A stretch of 64,000 bases of DNA from Rhizophagus irregularis (Eukaryota). Positions 42,026 through 54,109 of the stretch are shown in pieces; within the stretch, counting starts at the first letter, position 1, and each line of letters starts with the position of its first letter. The stretch is taken from NCBI RefSeq assembly GCF_026210795.1, contig NC_089431.1, positions 5,146,001-5,210,000 of the forward strand, in the 5' to 3' direction. The position numbers and the translations under genes were made by a program. Below the pieces are notes generated by a model. It was given only the letters and a program-made list of their open reading frames with translations. It did not search any database and had not been told where the DNA came from.

Positions 42026-42401
42026 TTGCTATGAATCGCCGGAGGCGATCATCACCGGTGTCACGTGATTTTTAATAATGTATAATTTGTCACCCCGCGT
42101 CACACCCTCCTTGTTTCCGTTTTTACTATGTATTCTAGGGACAGAATTTTTTTAGTATGAAAAATCCTATTTGTCACCCTTATTCGTCACATCCCATAAT
42201 TTCAGCTAAATTTTATAATTCCAGCCAAAATTGCCTTTTTGGAAACTTGAGTAACGTTATACAATCCAAAAAAGGCAATTTTGTTTCTCATAAAAATCGA
42301 TAAAGTTGGTTACACAAGATTCCAAAAAGGCATTTTCTATGTCGATCATTTAATTCCGGCCAAAATTAAAGAAATCACGTGACGCCGGCGATAAATAGCA
42401 A
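42026..42401. mobile_element. Putative MITE
   Basis: Inverted repeats atcaccggtgtcacgtgattt (42051-42071) / aaatcacgtgacgccggcgat (42372-42392), with outer ttgctat / atagcaa. The same end motif recurs at ~47972. Confidence 0.6.
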
Positions 42402-43239
42402 ACTCCTTTTTTTTTCTTTTCAAAATGAATTTTTTTTATAAATTAGTAAGAATTATGCTAAACAGGATTTTGAATATTAATGTATTTTTAAATATTTTTG
42501 ATATGGTATATTTTGATATGATAGATTTTATTTTGACTTTGTCGTATAATTTTAATCCTAATATGAAAAATTTTTGTGATTGAAAATATCTTAATTAATT
42601 TTAAAAATAAGATTTTGTATAAACTTTATTAAGCGATATGCATAAAAATATAAAAACACATATTTCTCATTCTAGAAATAACAACCAACCAGAAGTATAA
42701 ATTCTTTTTTTTTACAAAGGATCGAAGACAATGAATATTACTGTGAATTTATACTTGTATCATATTATTTGATGTTAATTATTTCAATTTTGATAAAAAT
42801 AAACATGTTTTTTTAACATCATTTTTGCAATTTACCATAAAACACATTATAAACGTTATCCTCTTATTTAAATTGACTCTTAATACAAAAAATTTCTCTC
42901 ATTATTAATAAATGTCTAGTAATCATATCTTTAAAACATTGTATACAGGATATTAATTATACTAGCAATAATACTGGATGAAATTTGTGATATTATATTA
43001 TTACTCATCTAAACAACTCATTTATTAATCGGATTTCAATTAACTTATATAATTGATCTCACATAGGGACCAAGATATTACAAGCAGTGAAGGTGGTAGT
43101 AGGTTGTGAGTCCCTTAGGCTTAAACCCTGATGCATAATTAATTAATTAAAAGTAAATTCTGTACTATATAGACATTTATTGATAATAAAGTGTGAAATG
43201 ATAAATCTTTTTTCCTTATGAATGTTAAATTATGATTAT

Positions 43240-43516
43240 ATTTCTGCAATGTGAGCCATATTTATTCATTCTTACATGGATTGCATCATGTTAAATACAT
43301 CATGATACTTATTTTTTCACTAGTTTGTTCTAAATTAATATGAAAAATGCAATCCTATTTATGCAATATGAGCAATATTTATTCATTCTTACATGGATTG
43401 CATCATGTTAAATACATCATGATACTGTTTTTTTACTAGTTTGTTCTAGATTAATATGAAAAAATGTTATATATGCAATGTGAGCAATTTTTATTCATTC
43501 TTACATGAATTGCATA
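43240..43516. repeat. Tandem repeat, ~112-118 bp unit, ~2.4 copies
   Basis: tgcaat.tgagc.at.tttattcattcttacatg.attgcat occurs three times. Confidence 0.85.
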
Positions 43517-43752
43517 TAAAGTTTATAATCTTTTGTAATAATGAGTTGGACTGACAAAAGCTGAATATTTGATAATGCTTTTTTTGTGTCAATGAGTCAT
43601 ATGATTTTTTTATATTTAAATCCCCAATTTCTCAACTTTTAACTTGCTTTTTTTTTTTCTAATACACATTTTTTACAGATACTTTATTATATTATTTTAT
43701 TATTATTATTTCATATATATATATAATATATATATAAGTTAATGAATGAATC

Positions 43753-45865
43753 ATGAATATAACTGAAATTTATATTGGATATGATGGTAAGAATAAATCT
43801 AAATTCTAAATTCTAAATCTTTACTTTAACAAGAGTTCATTCACTAACTCATTAACTACTATTAGCTCTTGTTTCTTACTTAATTGAATCAAAAAATCAG
43901 ACTTACTACTATAGATTTTTGAGTCTTAACCGAGATATTATTATTTCTTCACTAAATTCACTAACTAACTCTTCATTAGTATTGGACTTGGACAAATGGC
44001 AAAATTTTGATGTTACCTGGTACAACCGCTTTTTAAATGTAGCCAAAAACTTATTTGAACCAGATATTTTTGTTGCAGTAAAGGATAAGGTGCATTTATT
44101 TTTTATTTTGCAAAGTGTGGGTAACTCTTAAAACTGGTCGTGGTCACTTAATGAGAATTACTGGATTCGTTGGTTTGGTAATCAACCCTTGCTCTCAATT
44201 CAGGCACCCTAACTTTGTTGTTTAGTAAAGTCTGCTTGTTCTGGAGGAGGAACTGGCTATGTACCTTCTTTACTACTAAATAAAAAATTGTGCACTATTA
44301 ACAATTTCTTCTTATTACAGATAAAAACAGAACATTTACAACGTATAAAAGAATTACAAATATTCTGGCAAGAAATCATTAAAGAATTTGATATTTCTGA
44401 AACTTTACAATTAGATTTAACTAAAAAGAAGCAAGAAGTTATTAAAAAGAATCTAATACTTACTGAAATTTCTCAACCAGATACATCACTTCCAAAAAAG
44501 CAGACAAGTAAAGATATACTTACTGAAATTTCTCAACCATATACATCACTTCCAAAAAAGCAGACAAGTAAAGATTCAAGTCTTTCTAAAACTTTACAAC
44601 CAGATTTACAAATTATTAAGGAATATGAAAAGGAAAATCTAGTACTTGCTGAAACAGTTGTATTACTTTCAAAAAAAACAGTTAAAATTCCTGTTGAAAA
44701 TCATTCTGAAACTTTACAATCAGTTTTACCTAATAAGAAATTTCAATATACTGCCTTTTGTTATGATATACTTCATGCACTTGAAAACAAATCTTATGCT
44801 AATTTATTCTATAAATATATTGAAAGAGATATTAAAAATAAGATTATAAAACATCCAATGGATTTATTTACTATAAAATTAAAATTAAAAAATAATCAAT
44901 ATACAAGTTTAGAAGAATTTGAAAATGATATTCGTTTAATATTTTGCAATTGTTATACATATAATGATGTTGAAAGTGAAATATATAGTTTAGGTAAAGC
45001 ATTAGAATGTATTTTTAATAAAAAATGGAATAAAAATCTGATTCTTCAAGATAGACAAACAAGAGAATTAAAAAGAGTAAGAGATGATAATACTGAAGAT
45101 ACTGATAGATCTTGGAAGAAACAAATTCAAACTTTAGAACAAAATAAGAACAATTTAACATATAGACAGGTTGTTAATGATGCACTTCTTATTGCTTCAG
45201 CATATGAAAATCTTGTTATAGGTAATATTATACCTTTTATTGAAATTTTAAAAACTTTTCTGTTAACAAGATCAAAAATGTCTTTATCTTTGGCAAATGA
45301 ATCTATGCTTCAAGCAATTGTTGAAAGTCTTTTGCCATTAAAATATCGTGTTCCAGAACTTTCATTAGTAATGGATGGCAAAAAATCAAAAGGATCAGGT
45401 CGCTTTGGTTATTCAGATATTTTTGTTTTAAAAGGAATAGGAGATAATTATATTAGCTTAGAATTAAAATATATTTCATTGATTGGTTTGATAAAAAATC
45501 AAAAAGTTGGATTTGGTGCAAATGAATTAGAAAATTTAGATAAAATTCTTGAAAAAGAAAATGAAGAAATTTTATTAAAAAGATCATATACATATTGGTC
45601 AAAAGAATTAAAAAAGACTAATCAGACAACTATAGGTGAAATACTAAATAATGGTATAAGTCAATTGAAATCATATATGAATACAATTTCAAAAGGAAAA
45701 GTTGCTAATTATTCTAGTTCAGGAGTATTTGATGAACGTATTGAAATAATTAATTCAAATCCTAATAAATTAAAAGGATTTGTTATTTTAGTAATTGGTT
45801 TTCGTCGTATTTTATGTAAACCTATTGAAGAAGTAATATCTAATTATAATTATAACAAAATTTAA
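43753..45865 (+). CDS. Bromodomain + PD-(D/E)XK (restriction-endonuclease-fold, DUF1703/PDDEXK_9-like) fusion protein; probable exons 43753-43786, 43866-44089, 44321-45865
   Basis: Bromodomain: IIKHPMDLFTIKLKLKNNQYTSLEEFENDIRLIFCNCYTYN. Nuclease-like motif series: NESMLQAIVE..PEL..GRFGYSDIFV..LELKY. The GT-AG junctions keep the frame; the first exon is uncertain. Confidence 0.75.
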
Positions 45866-47700
45866 AGTATATTTAATAATATATTTAATATACTACTAAT
45901 TATTCATTAATAAGTTTAAAATATTTAATTTTTAGTATTTACTGAATTTTTCTATCTTTTTAGATTCTATAACAAATTATAAAATTACAAAATAAAAATA
46001 TAAATTATTTTAATGTTTTTTTAAAGTAATTTTATTAATTTATATATAATATTTGTTATACTAATATTAAATTTAATAATATTTTCATATATTATAAAAC
46101 AAGTTATAATTTAACTTTACTAATAATTTTTCATTACTACATTTCATATATTTAGATTCTCTTTCACATTTTCTCAATTTATCAAACCTTTTACAATTAA
46201 ATTCTTTTATGTCCAGCATTAAAATTTCACAAATAAGAATTCTTCCCTCTTTAGACTTTGGCTATATCAGACTCACACATCATTACTTATACATCATAAC
46301 TTCGTAGTCATTCTAATATAACTCTTATTTACAATTCTATTATTCAATTTTATTAAATTTCATAATCAAAAATCCTTCCAAATACTCATTATAATAAATC
46401 TTACTCAACCCCTATACCTTTCTATAATTGATATAAAAATATTTCACTGCATTATTTCTATTCAATCTTTGATTATTTTTCATTAAATTTCATATTACAT
46501 GAAGTTAATACTTTTATATAATTTTATCAAACTTTTATCTGAGCGAGTTTATCATACTTATTATTAATACTCATAATTTCTATTTTATAAAATTTTCTAG
46601 GCGAGCATCATTTCACTAAGCACTTCTCCCACATCTCAGATTTCTTTAAGCTAGATAGCCACACAATGAATTACTTTACTATAGGTAGATTTCCTATAAC
46701 AACTCTTAGTGCAATACTAAAATTTTTATTCACTTGCCTGGTAACTAGCTTAATTACTATTGATTTCTTTTTAATCACATATCTACTATATATATGGAGA
46801 ATTGGGGATAGCAGATCTTTTTCTCAGACCACTTTATCACGACTGAACCTGCATCCTCACCATAATCAGTAACCAACTACTATTATGTTTTTAACAAAGA
46901 AAAGTGTTTATTTATTATTTTTATTATTATCATTTATTATTTTTAAAGGCGATGATATCAAATGTAAGTCTGAAACCAACTTGTATTTATACATTTTAAA
47001 GTTACATTGATTATTTTTATACTGTATTCACGTAAAAATGGGCTAAGAATTTTATAATAAATAAGGGATAACGTTTATAACATGTTTTATGACAAATTGA
47101 TTAAATTGTACTAAATTATGATATTATTCTGAATAGCTTGAAATTGAAATAATTAGCAAAGATTTTATTAAATCATATGTCACAAGCAAAAATTCACGGT
47201 AATATTTTCTATTTGTTAAAAAAAATTCGTACTTCTGGTTGATTGTTATTGTTAGAATGAGAAATATGCGTTTTTTTACATTTTTATACATATTTCTTAA
47301 TAATAAAATTATACAAAATCTGAGATATAGAAAAAGATTTTGGATGAACACATTCAAATTACAACATTTACTTGTTATAAATTGCAATATTATGAATATA
47401 AATTTAAAAATCATTTACATCTATTTAGGTATATCTATGAAGGAAAACTTCTTTGGAAGAATATAATGGGACTATTTAGAATTTATTTTGATTGAAAAAT
47501 AAAGCAATTTGAATAGAACAAAATTTTGATTTGATATATCAAGCAAGTTTTTGAGAATGATTCTTTCTTAAAGCTTCAAATATTGCAAAGATTTAATTTC
47601 TAAACAAGAACCAACTAAAATTTTTAATTCACCAAATTTTTCAATTCCAAAAAAATTTTAACTATACTTATCCAAAATGATAATCTTCAAAATGAATGAA

Positions 47701-50142
47701 ATATATTCTTCGCGTGTTTTGCAACGTAACAGTCACGTGCTTGTCACTAATCTTGTGACTACATTTTTTGCCAAGTTTTCAATAATAGTTCTTTTTTGAA
47801 GTGTTAAAAATTCGTGAAATTAAATGCAAATATAAAAAATTCTATTATCAGTAAAATTATATATGCAATATAATGAAAATTAAGCAAGAAACTAAGATCA
47901 TCAGTCGCTTTTTAAACTTTTTTAAACTTTTTTTTACCCTTCTTTCAATCTTTCCCTTCCTCTTTCATTCTCCGGTGTCACGTGATTTTTAAAATTTTAG
48001 CCGTCCTTTTCCTCTCTCTTGCAATTTCTCTTTTCCTCTTTTTCGTCTTTCCTTTCCCTTTTTAACCTTTTTTAACCTTTTTTAACCTTTTTTCACTCTT
48101 CTTTCATTCTTTTCTTCCCTTTTTATTCTTTCTTTTTCCTCTCTCTCGCAATTCTTTTCCCTCTTTTTCGTCTTCCCTTTCCCTTTTTAACCTTTTTTAA
48201 CCTTTTTTCACCCTTTTCATTCTTTTCCTCCCTCTTTTATTCTTACTTTTTCCTCTCTCTCGCAATTTCTTTTTCCCTTTTTTTTTGTTTTCCTTTTCCC
48301 CTTTTCTCTTTCCTCTCATATAAATAATCGTTACTTATTTTTTAGTCAGCTGGTGAGTATTCATTTTCTTTCTTTTTTCTGTATATTTCACTATTTTAGA
48401 TTTTTTTTGTTTTTTTTTGTTTCTTTTTCTCTTTGTTAGTAACTTTTGACTTTCATTCTTTTTGTAGGTTTTAGCTTCTTTTTTTAGATCTCAGAAACTC
48501 TCTCGAGGTTTTATTTTTAAAAAATTAACTATTATCAAAGCTCCCAGAAAATGATATCAAATCAATGAAAATTGTGCTTTTGCTGGTTGGAATGGCATTA
48601 GTGTAGGATTTAGTTTGACCACTAATACGTAAAAAGAGTCCAAATGGATTATTTTTTTTCCTTTTGTCAGTTCACTTTGAGATGGAGTTACTAACAATCA
48701 TCTACTTTTCATTTTTCTAGGATTTGGTACTTCTTTTTTTTTAGGTTCTGGCATTTTCTTGTGGGAATGAAGGTGAGTTTGGGCATTTTTTAATTATTTA
48801 CTGTTTTTTCTTATTGTCTTTGGTACTAATCTTCTTCTTTTAGGATTTGTCATCATATACATGTAGAACTCTGGTGAGTAATCAGGAATTTTTTAATATA
48901 TTTCTTTCAATGAAATATTTTCTAATATTTCGATTCTTCTCTTTTTTTTAACCAACCAGATCTTTGGACGTGTGGATTTGATGGGTGCCAGAATATTTCT
49001 TTGATTTATTTCTTTTAATGAAACATCTTACTTTTAAACTCTTTTCTTTTTAGGTGTCATGATAAATGATATTATACTAGTAGTATTATATTTATTAAGG
49101 AACAAACTCAAGTTAAGAGCATATTAAAAGAAATCACACCCAACTCTACAAGCTGATTGTACCGAAGATCAACAATTTCTACCCATGAGTTTATGACAAG
49201 ATATTTGGACGTAGATTTTGGTGGATAATGGAATTTTCTTTGAATTTATTTCTTTAATGAAATGTCATATTAATGTTTCAATATTTTCTTTTTTCCTAGG
49301 CAACTGAATTTTTGGATATGTGGAGACTTTTTATTATGTCTATTTATATTTTGTAGGAATCCAACTTGACTTGGGAATACCAGAACGGATCTTTGAGCCT
49401 TGACTCTTTGATTTTTTGTTTAGAGGACTAGCAAACCCACCTGACTTCGTAATCTATTCACTTGATAAAATGTTAAGCAAATCTCCATGCAAATTGGTAA
49501 ATAGAGGACCGAAGTTGATCCATTTTCTTACATAATATCTTCCATGATTTATCCTTGAACACTAAATGAAGTACATCGGATACTTCATGGAGAAATGGAC
49601 AAGTTCAAGCAATTCCACAATTGACCCGCTGTTGATTTTCCAGTCCTTGATTTATTTAATAATGGCATAAGATTTACTTTATTTTCAATTGGGTGAAGTT
49701 TTATATTAATGGGATAATACTAGATTACCGGTAAGTATTGTAGGTTACAATTTACAAATGACAAATATTTATCTATTAGAAGTTAGTTACAGTGTATTTA
49801 TTCTTAGTTATATGCATTTTTTTCAAAGCTGTCTAATATAATTTACTAAAACTTTACATTTTCAAAAGAACAATAACTTAAACATATAAGAATACTTTTC
49901 TATTTATTTACGATTTGTTTATAAATTTGATACAATTTCGATAGTACATTTTACGATTTTGTTGCAATTTTGGTAACTAATTTTGCACTATTCGATCAAG
50001 TCAGGTGGTGATCGCCTTAATATTCAGTAACTTCTTACAGGTGACTTTTGAAATTAAATTGTGATTATATAAAACTAATCGTGACCTTAAAAAATTTTTG
50101 ACATGGTCACTGTTTGGTTTCGATTTTAAAAGTTTCTACAAA
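47701..50142. mobile_element. Unclassified insertion within a BTB pseudogene
   Basis: Interrupts colinear homology to paralogs. Contains CT-rich repeats and many short GT..AG intron-like segments, but no long ORF. Confidence 0.55.
47905..48320. repeat. Pyrimidine-rich tandem repeat (~120-125 bp unit)
   Basis: cctctctct.gcaatt...ttttaaccttttttaacc recurs about three times. Confidence 0.8.
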
Positions 50143-50629
50143 GTTATTAGATTGGGACTTGCTCAAAATCCGAAGACCCTCTTTCTGATCATGCAAGCTT
50201 TTCAAAAGATGATATCAATAAAACTTTAAATACTTTGTATTCTTTTAATTAGATTCCATAATTTGACTTTCAGAGAATTTTTGAAAAAAGTAAAACCTTA
50301 TAAAAAAAATCTTACGAGAATAATTTTTGGACAATGATAACAATAACAGAACCTCATATTGTTAATCACACAATATTGATTCTAAAATAATCACATTTCA
50401 ACATACTGATAGATTAGAAATTATAGAATCTTTTAAATGATTTTTCATTAATAAAAATACTATTTCATTCATTTTATTATAGGTATAGAAGCATCATTAC
50501 TTTATTTATCTTCATGATAAATTAGATATTTTTTTGTAATAAAAAATTCAGAAAAGTCTCTGCTACAAACAATAAAACAAATTTATTAGTATTGTATATT
50601 TCATATAGAAATCATATGTAAAAAAATAA

Positions 50630-50950
50630 TAAAAAATATTGGTATAACTATGAGTAATAATGAAATACATAGAAAGATTATCATTTAACTATGAGTTATT
50701 AATAAAAATATTGGTGTAACTAAATAATAATGAAAAACAATAGAAAGATTATCATTTAACTATGAGTCATTAATAAAAATATTTGTGTAACTATGAGTAA
50801 TAATAGCTGATAGAAAGATTATCATTTAACTGTGAAAAAATATTGGTGTAACTATAAAGATTATCATTTAACTATGAGTCATTAATAAAAAATATTGGTG
50901 TAACTATGAGTTGAGTAATAATGAAAAATAATAGAAAGATTATCATCTAA
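50630..50950. repeat. AT-rich minisatellite (~65-70 bp unit)
   Basis: aaatattggtgtaactatgag...tagaaagattatcatttaactatgag occurs about five times. Confidence 0.85.
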
Positions 50951-51708
50951 CAGTAATTTTTAAATATAAATGCAGCATTGACTCATAATTATTAAAAATG
51001 AGCAAGGACAAATTTTTTTTTATTTAAAGTCCTGTAAAATTTTTTTGTAATTTTATTTTTTTTTTCCAAAATATTTTTTTTTCAAAATGCAAAAATTTAA
51101 TTTTTGCAATAACATTTTTAATTCTTTTCATTCCAAAATATTTTTTTCCAAAATGCAAAAAGTAAATTTTTTCCAAAATATTTTTTTTTCAAAATGCAAA
51201 AAATTTTTGCAATAATATTTTTTAATTCTTTTCATACACATTATATCATACAAGGATCTTTATACCTGTTCTTGATATCATTAATACTTCATTATCCATT
51301 TAAATATTTAAAAGAAGCTGAGAAACTGAATTGAATTTAAAGGAAAAGGTGTGTATTTTTTTATTTTGCAAGCTTAGGGTAGCTTAGGATATTAGTGGTA
51401 TCCTGAAGGACCATGACAGTAAGGGCCACTTAGCTTAGGTATCATGGTATCATCTTTTTTCCTAAGTTAGTCTTAAGTTTGTTGTTGTTAAAGGTCTGTT
51501 AGTTCTCAATAAAGAATTAGCTATGTACCTTCCTTTATCCTAAATAAAAAATTCACACTGTTAACTAATATCTTGTTTTCTTTTAATAGATATCATTACT
51601 GCTATTTTTAAAAGATGATGTTTTACTGTGCTGAATTTAGAAAAGGTGTGTATTTTTTTATTTTGCAAGCTTAGGGTAGCTTAGGATATTAGTGGTATCC
51701 TGAAGGAC

Positions 51709-53175
51709 TAGAGCTCCGCAACCTGACCTGACAGATCGGGTGACCCGACGGGTTGGCCCGAAATATTCAGGTCAGGTCATCAATTTTATGACCTGACACG
51801 GGTCGGGTCAGTGCTAGTCGGTACCCGACCTGACCCGTTGACCCGACATATATTTTGGTCAAATAAATTAAAAACACCGAAACTAATAGTTCCGGCGTTT
51901 TTACATGTAAAATCAAAAGGAAAAACGCCGGAACTAATGATTCCAGCATTTTTACATGTAAAATTGAAAAAAAATGCTGAAACTAATAGTTTCAGCATTT
52001 TTACATGTAAAATCAAAATGAAAAATGCCGGAACTAATGATTCCGGCGTTTTTACATGTAAAATTGAAAAAAAAATGCCGAAACTATCAGTTTCGGTGTT
52101 TTTACATGTAAAATCAATATGAAAAACGCCGGAACTAATGATTCCGGCGTTTTTACATGTAAAATTGAAAAAAAACGCCGAAACTAATAGTTTCGGCGTT
52201 TTTATGTAAAATCAAAATGAAAAATGCTGGAACTAATGATTCTGGCGTTTTTACATGTAAAATTGAAAAAAAACGCCGAAACTAATAGTTTCAGCGTTTT
52301 TACATGTAAAATCAAAATGAAAAATGCCAGAACTAATGATTCCGGCGTTTTTACATGTAAAATTGAAAAAATAATGCCGGAACTATCAGTTTCGGCGTTT
52401 TTACATGTAAAATCAATATGAAAACCACCGGAACTAATGATTCCGGCGTTTTTACATGTAAAATCAAAATGAAAAATGCCGGAACTAATGATTCCGGCGT
52501 TTTTACATGTAAAATCAAAAAAAACACCAAAACTATCAGTTTCGGCGTTTTTACATGTAAAATCAAAAAAAACACCAAAACTATCAGTTTCGGCGTTTTT
52601 ACATGTAAAATCAATATGAAAAACGCTGGAACTAATGATTCTGGCATTTTTACATGTAAAATTGAAAAAAAAATGCCGGAACTATCAGTTTCGGCATTTT
52701 TACATGTAAAATCAATATGAAAAATGCCGGAACTAATGATTCCGGCATTTTTACATGTAAAATCAAAATGAAAAACGCCAGAACTAATGATTCCGGCATT
52801 TTTACATCTAAGATCGAAACAAAAATGCCGAAACAAATAGTTTCGGCGTTTTTATATATAAAAACAAAAGTAAAATGCCGGGACCCGACGTTTTTTCAAT
52901 AAAAATTAAAAAAAATCTTTTTTTTTAATTAAAAATGTCGAACCTGACGTTTTTTGTATAATTAATAAAAAAAAACGTTACATAACGTTTTTTTAATTGA
53001 AATATTTAATAATAAAACTTCGGGTAACCTGAGTTACCCGAAGTGACCCGAATACTTTCAGGTCAAATGGGTCAGGTCGGGTCAGAACGGTTTACCCGAC
53101 CCAACCTGACCTGAATAAAATTTCGGTTCGGGTTAACCAGGTAACCCGACCTGACCCGACCCGTGCGGAGCTCTA
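51709..53175. mobile_element. Non-autonomous hAT-type element (1467 bp)
   Basis: Perfect 12-bp TIRs tagagctccgca / tgcggagctcta; perfect 8-bp TSD tgaaggac (51701-51708, 53176-53183); gacccga/tgacc subterminal repeats. The empty site is visible in neighbouring repeat units. Confidence 0.95.
51872..52860. repeat. Palindromic minisatellite (~49-50 bp, ~20 copies) inside the hAT element
   Basis: Unit aaaaacgccggaactaatgattccggcgtttttacatgtaaaat..., with an alternating ccgaaac...tttcgg variant. Confidence 0.95.
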
Positions 53176-54109
53176 TGAAGGACCATGACAGTAAGGACCA
53201 CTTAGCTTGGGTATCATGGTATCATCTTTTTTCTGAAGTTAGTCCTAAGTTTGTTGTTGTTAAAGGTCTGTTAGCTCTCAATAAAGAACTAGCTATGTAC
53301 CTTCCTTTATCCTAAATAAAAAATTCACACTGTTAACTAATATCTTGTTTTCTTTTAATAGATATCATTACTGCTATTTTTAAAAGATGATGTTTTACTG
53401 TGCTGAATTTAGAAAAGGTGTGTATTTTTTATTTTGCAAGCTTAGGGTAACTTAAGATATTAGTGGTATCCTGAAGGACCATGACAGTAAGGACCACTTA
53501 GCTTGGGTATCATGGTATCATTTTTTTCCTAAGTTTGTCCTAAGTTTGTTGTTGTTAAAGGTCTGTTAGTTCTCAATAAAGAATTAGCTATGTACCTTCC
53601 TTTATCCTAAATAAAAAATTCACACTGTTAACTAATATCTTATTTTCTTTAATAGAGATATTCTACTGGCTAAATTTAAAGAAAAAGGTGTGCATTTTTT
53701 ATTTTGCAAGCTTAGGGTAACTTAAGATAATAGTGGTATCCTGAAGGACTATGACAGTAAGGACCTAGCATTGATCCAATCAACAGATCAAAACCCAAAG
53801 AGCAAAAGAAAATAATTAGGAAAAAAATTATAAAAATCAGCATAATCTTGAAAAACAATAAATTGAGTAAATAAATAAAAAAAAAGACAATATAGAATTT
53901 ATATAACATATTTTAATTTTATTGCCCTTATTATTTGAGCATAAAATACTAGTACAGTTTCGAAAAAATGAACGTTGTAATAATGAAGATTGTATTCAAT
54001 TCATCATGTCAACTGAAATAATAATATTATTTAGAATATTGATTTTACTATAAGTTAAAATACAATATATAACAGCTAATATTTTCTAATTAAATCCAAA
54101 AAAAAGTAA

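Larger units (their letters stand above)
47429..50425 (+). pseudogene. Decayed BTB-BACK-TLDc exon 2 split by a ~2.4 kb insertion
   Basis: 47429-47700 matches paralog exon 2 (ggtatatctat...caaaatgataatcttcaaaatgaatgaa) with indels. Homology resumes at ~50145 (gggacttgctcaaaatcc...aaaaaagtaaaaccttataaaaaa...ttgattctaaaataatcacatttcaacat). Confidence 0.85.
51349..53765 (+). repeat. Tandem ~297-bp intron + micro-exon units (three full, one partial), interrupted by a hAT element
   Basis: Units start aag|gtgtg.attttt at 51349, 51646, 53418 and 53688. The full units contain gctatgtaccttcc...ttttaatag. Confidence 0.85.

Noticed and set aside
44130..44215. Possible hammerhead ribozyme or TPP riboswitch in the intron
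   Set aside because: The required cores (CUGANGA...GAAA; CUGAGA plus the downstream TPP motif) are not intact. Kept only as an unspecified structured intron.
46080..46870. Possible minus-strand retroelement remnant
   Set aside because: Only compositional hints, with no recognisable motif or ORF.
51872..52860. CRISPR-like array of palindromic repeats
   Set aside because: No unique spacers, no cas genes and a eukaryotic context. It is a minisatellite inside a hAT element.
51767..52902. Several overlapping ORFs on both strands
   Set aside because: Translations of the minisatellite, with no transposase motifs.
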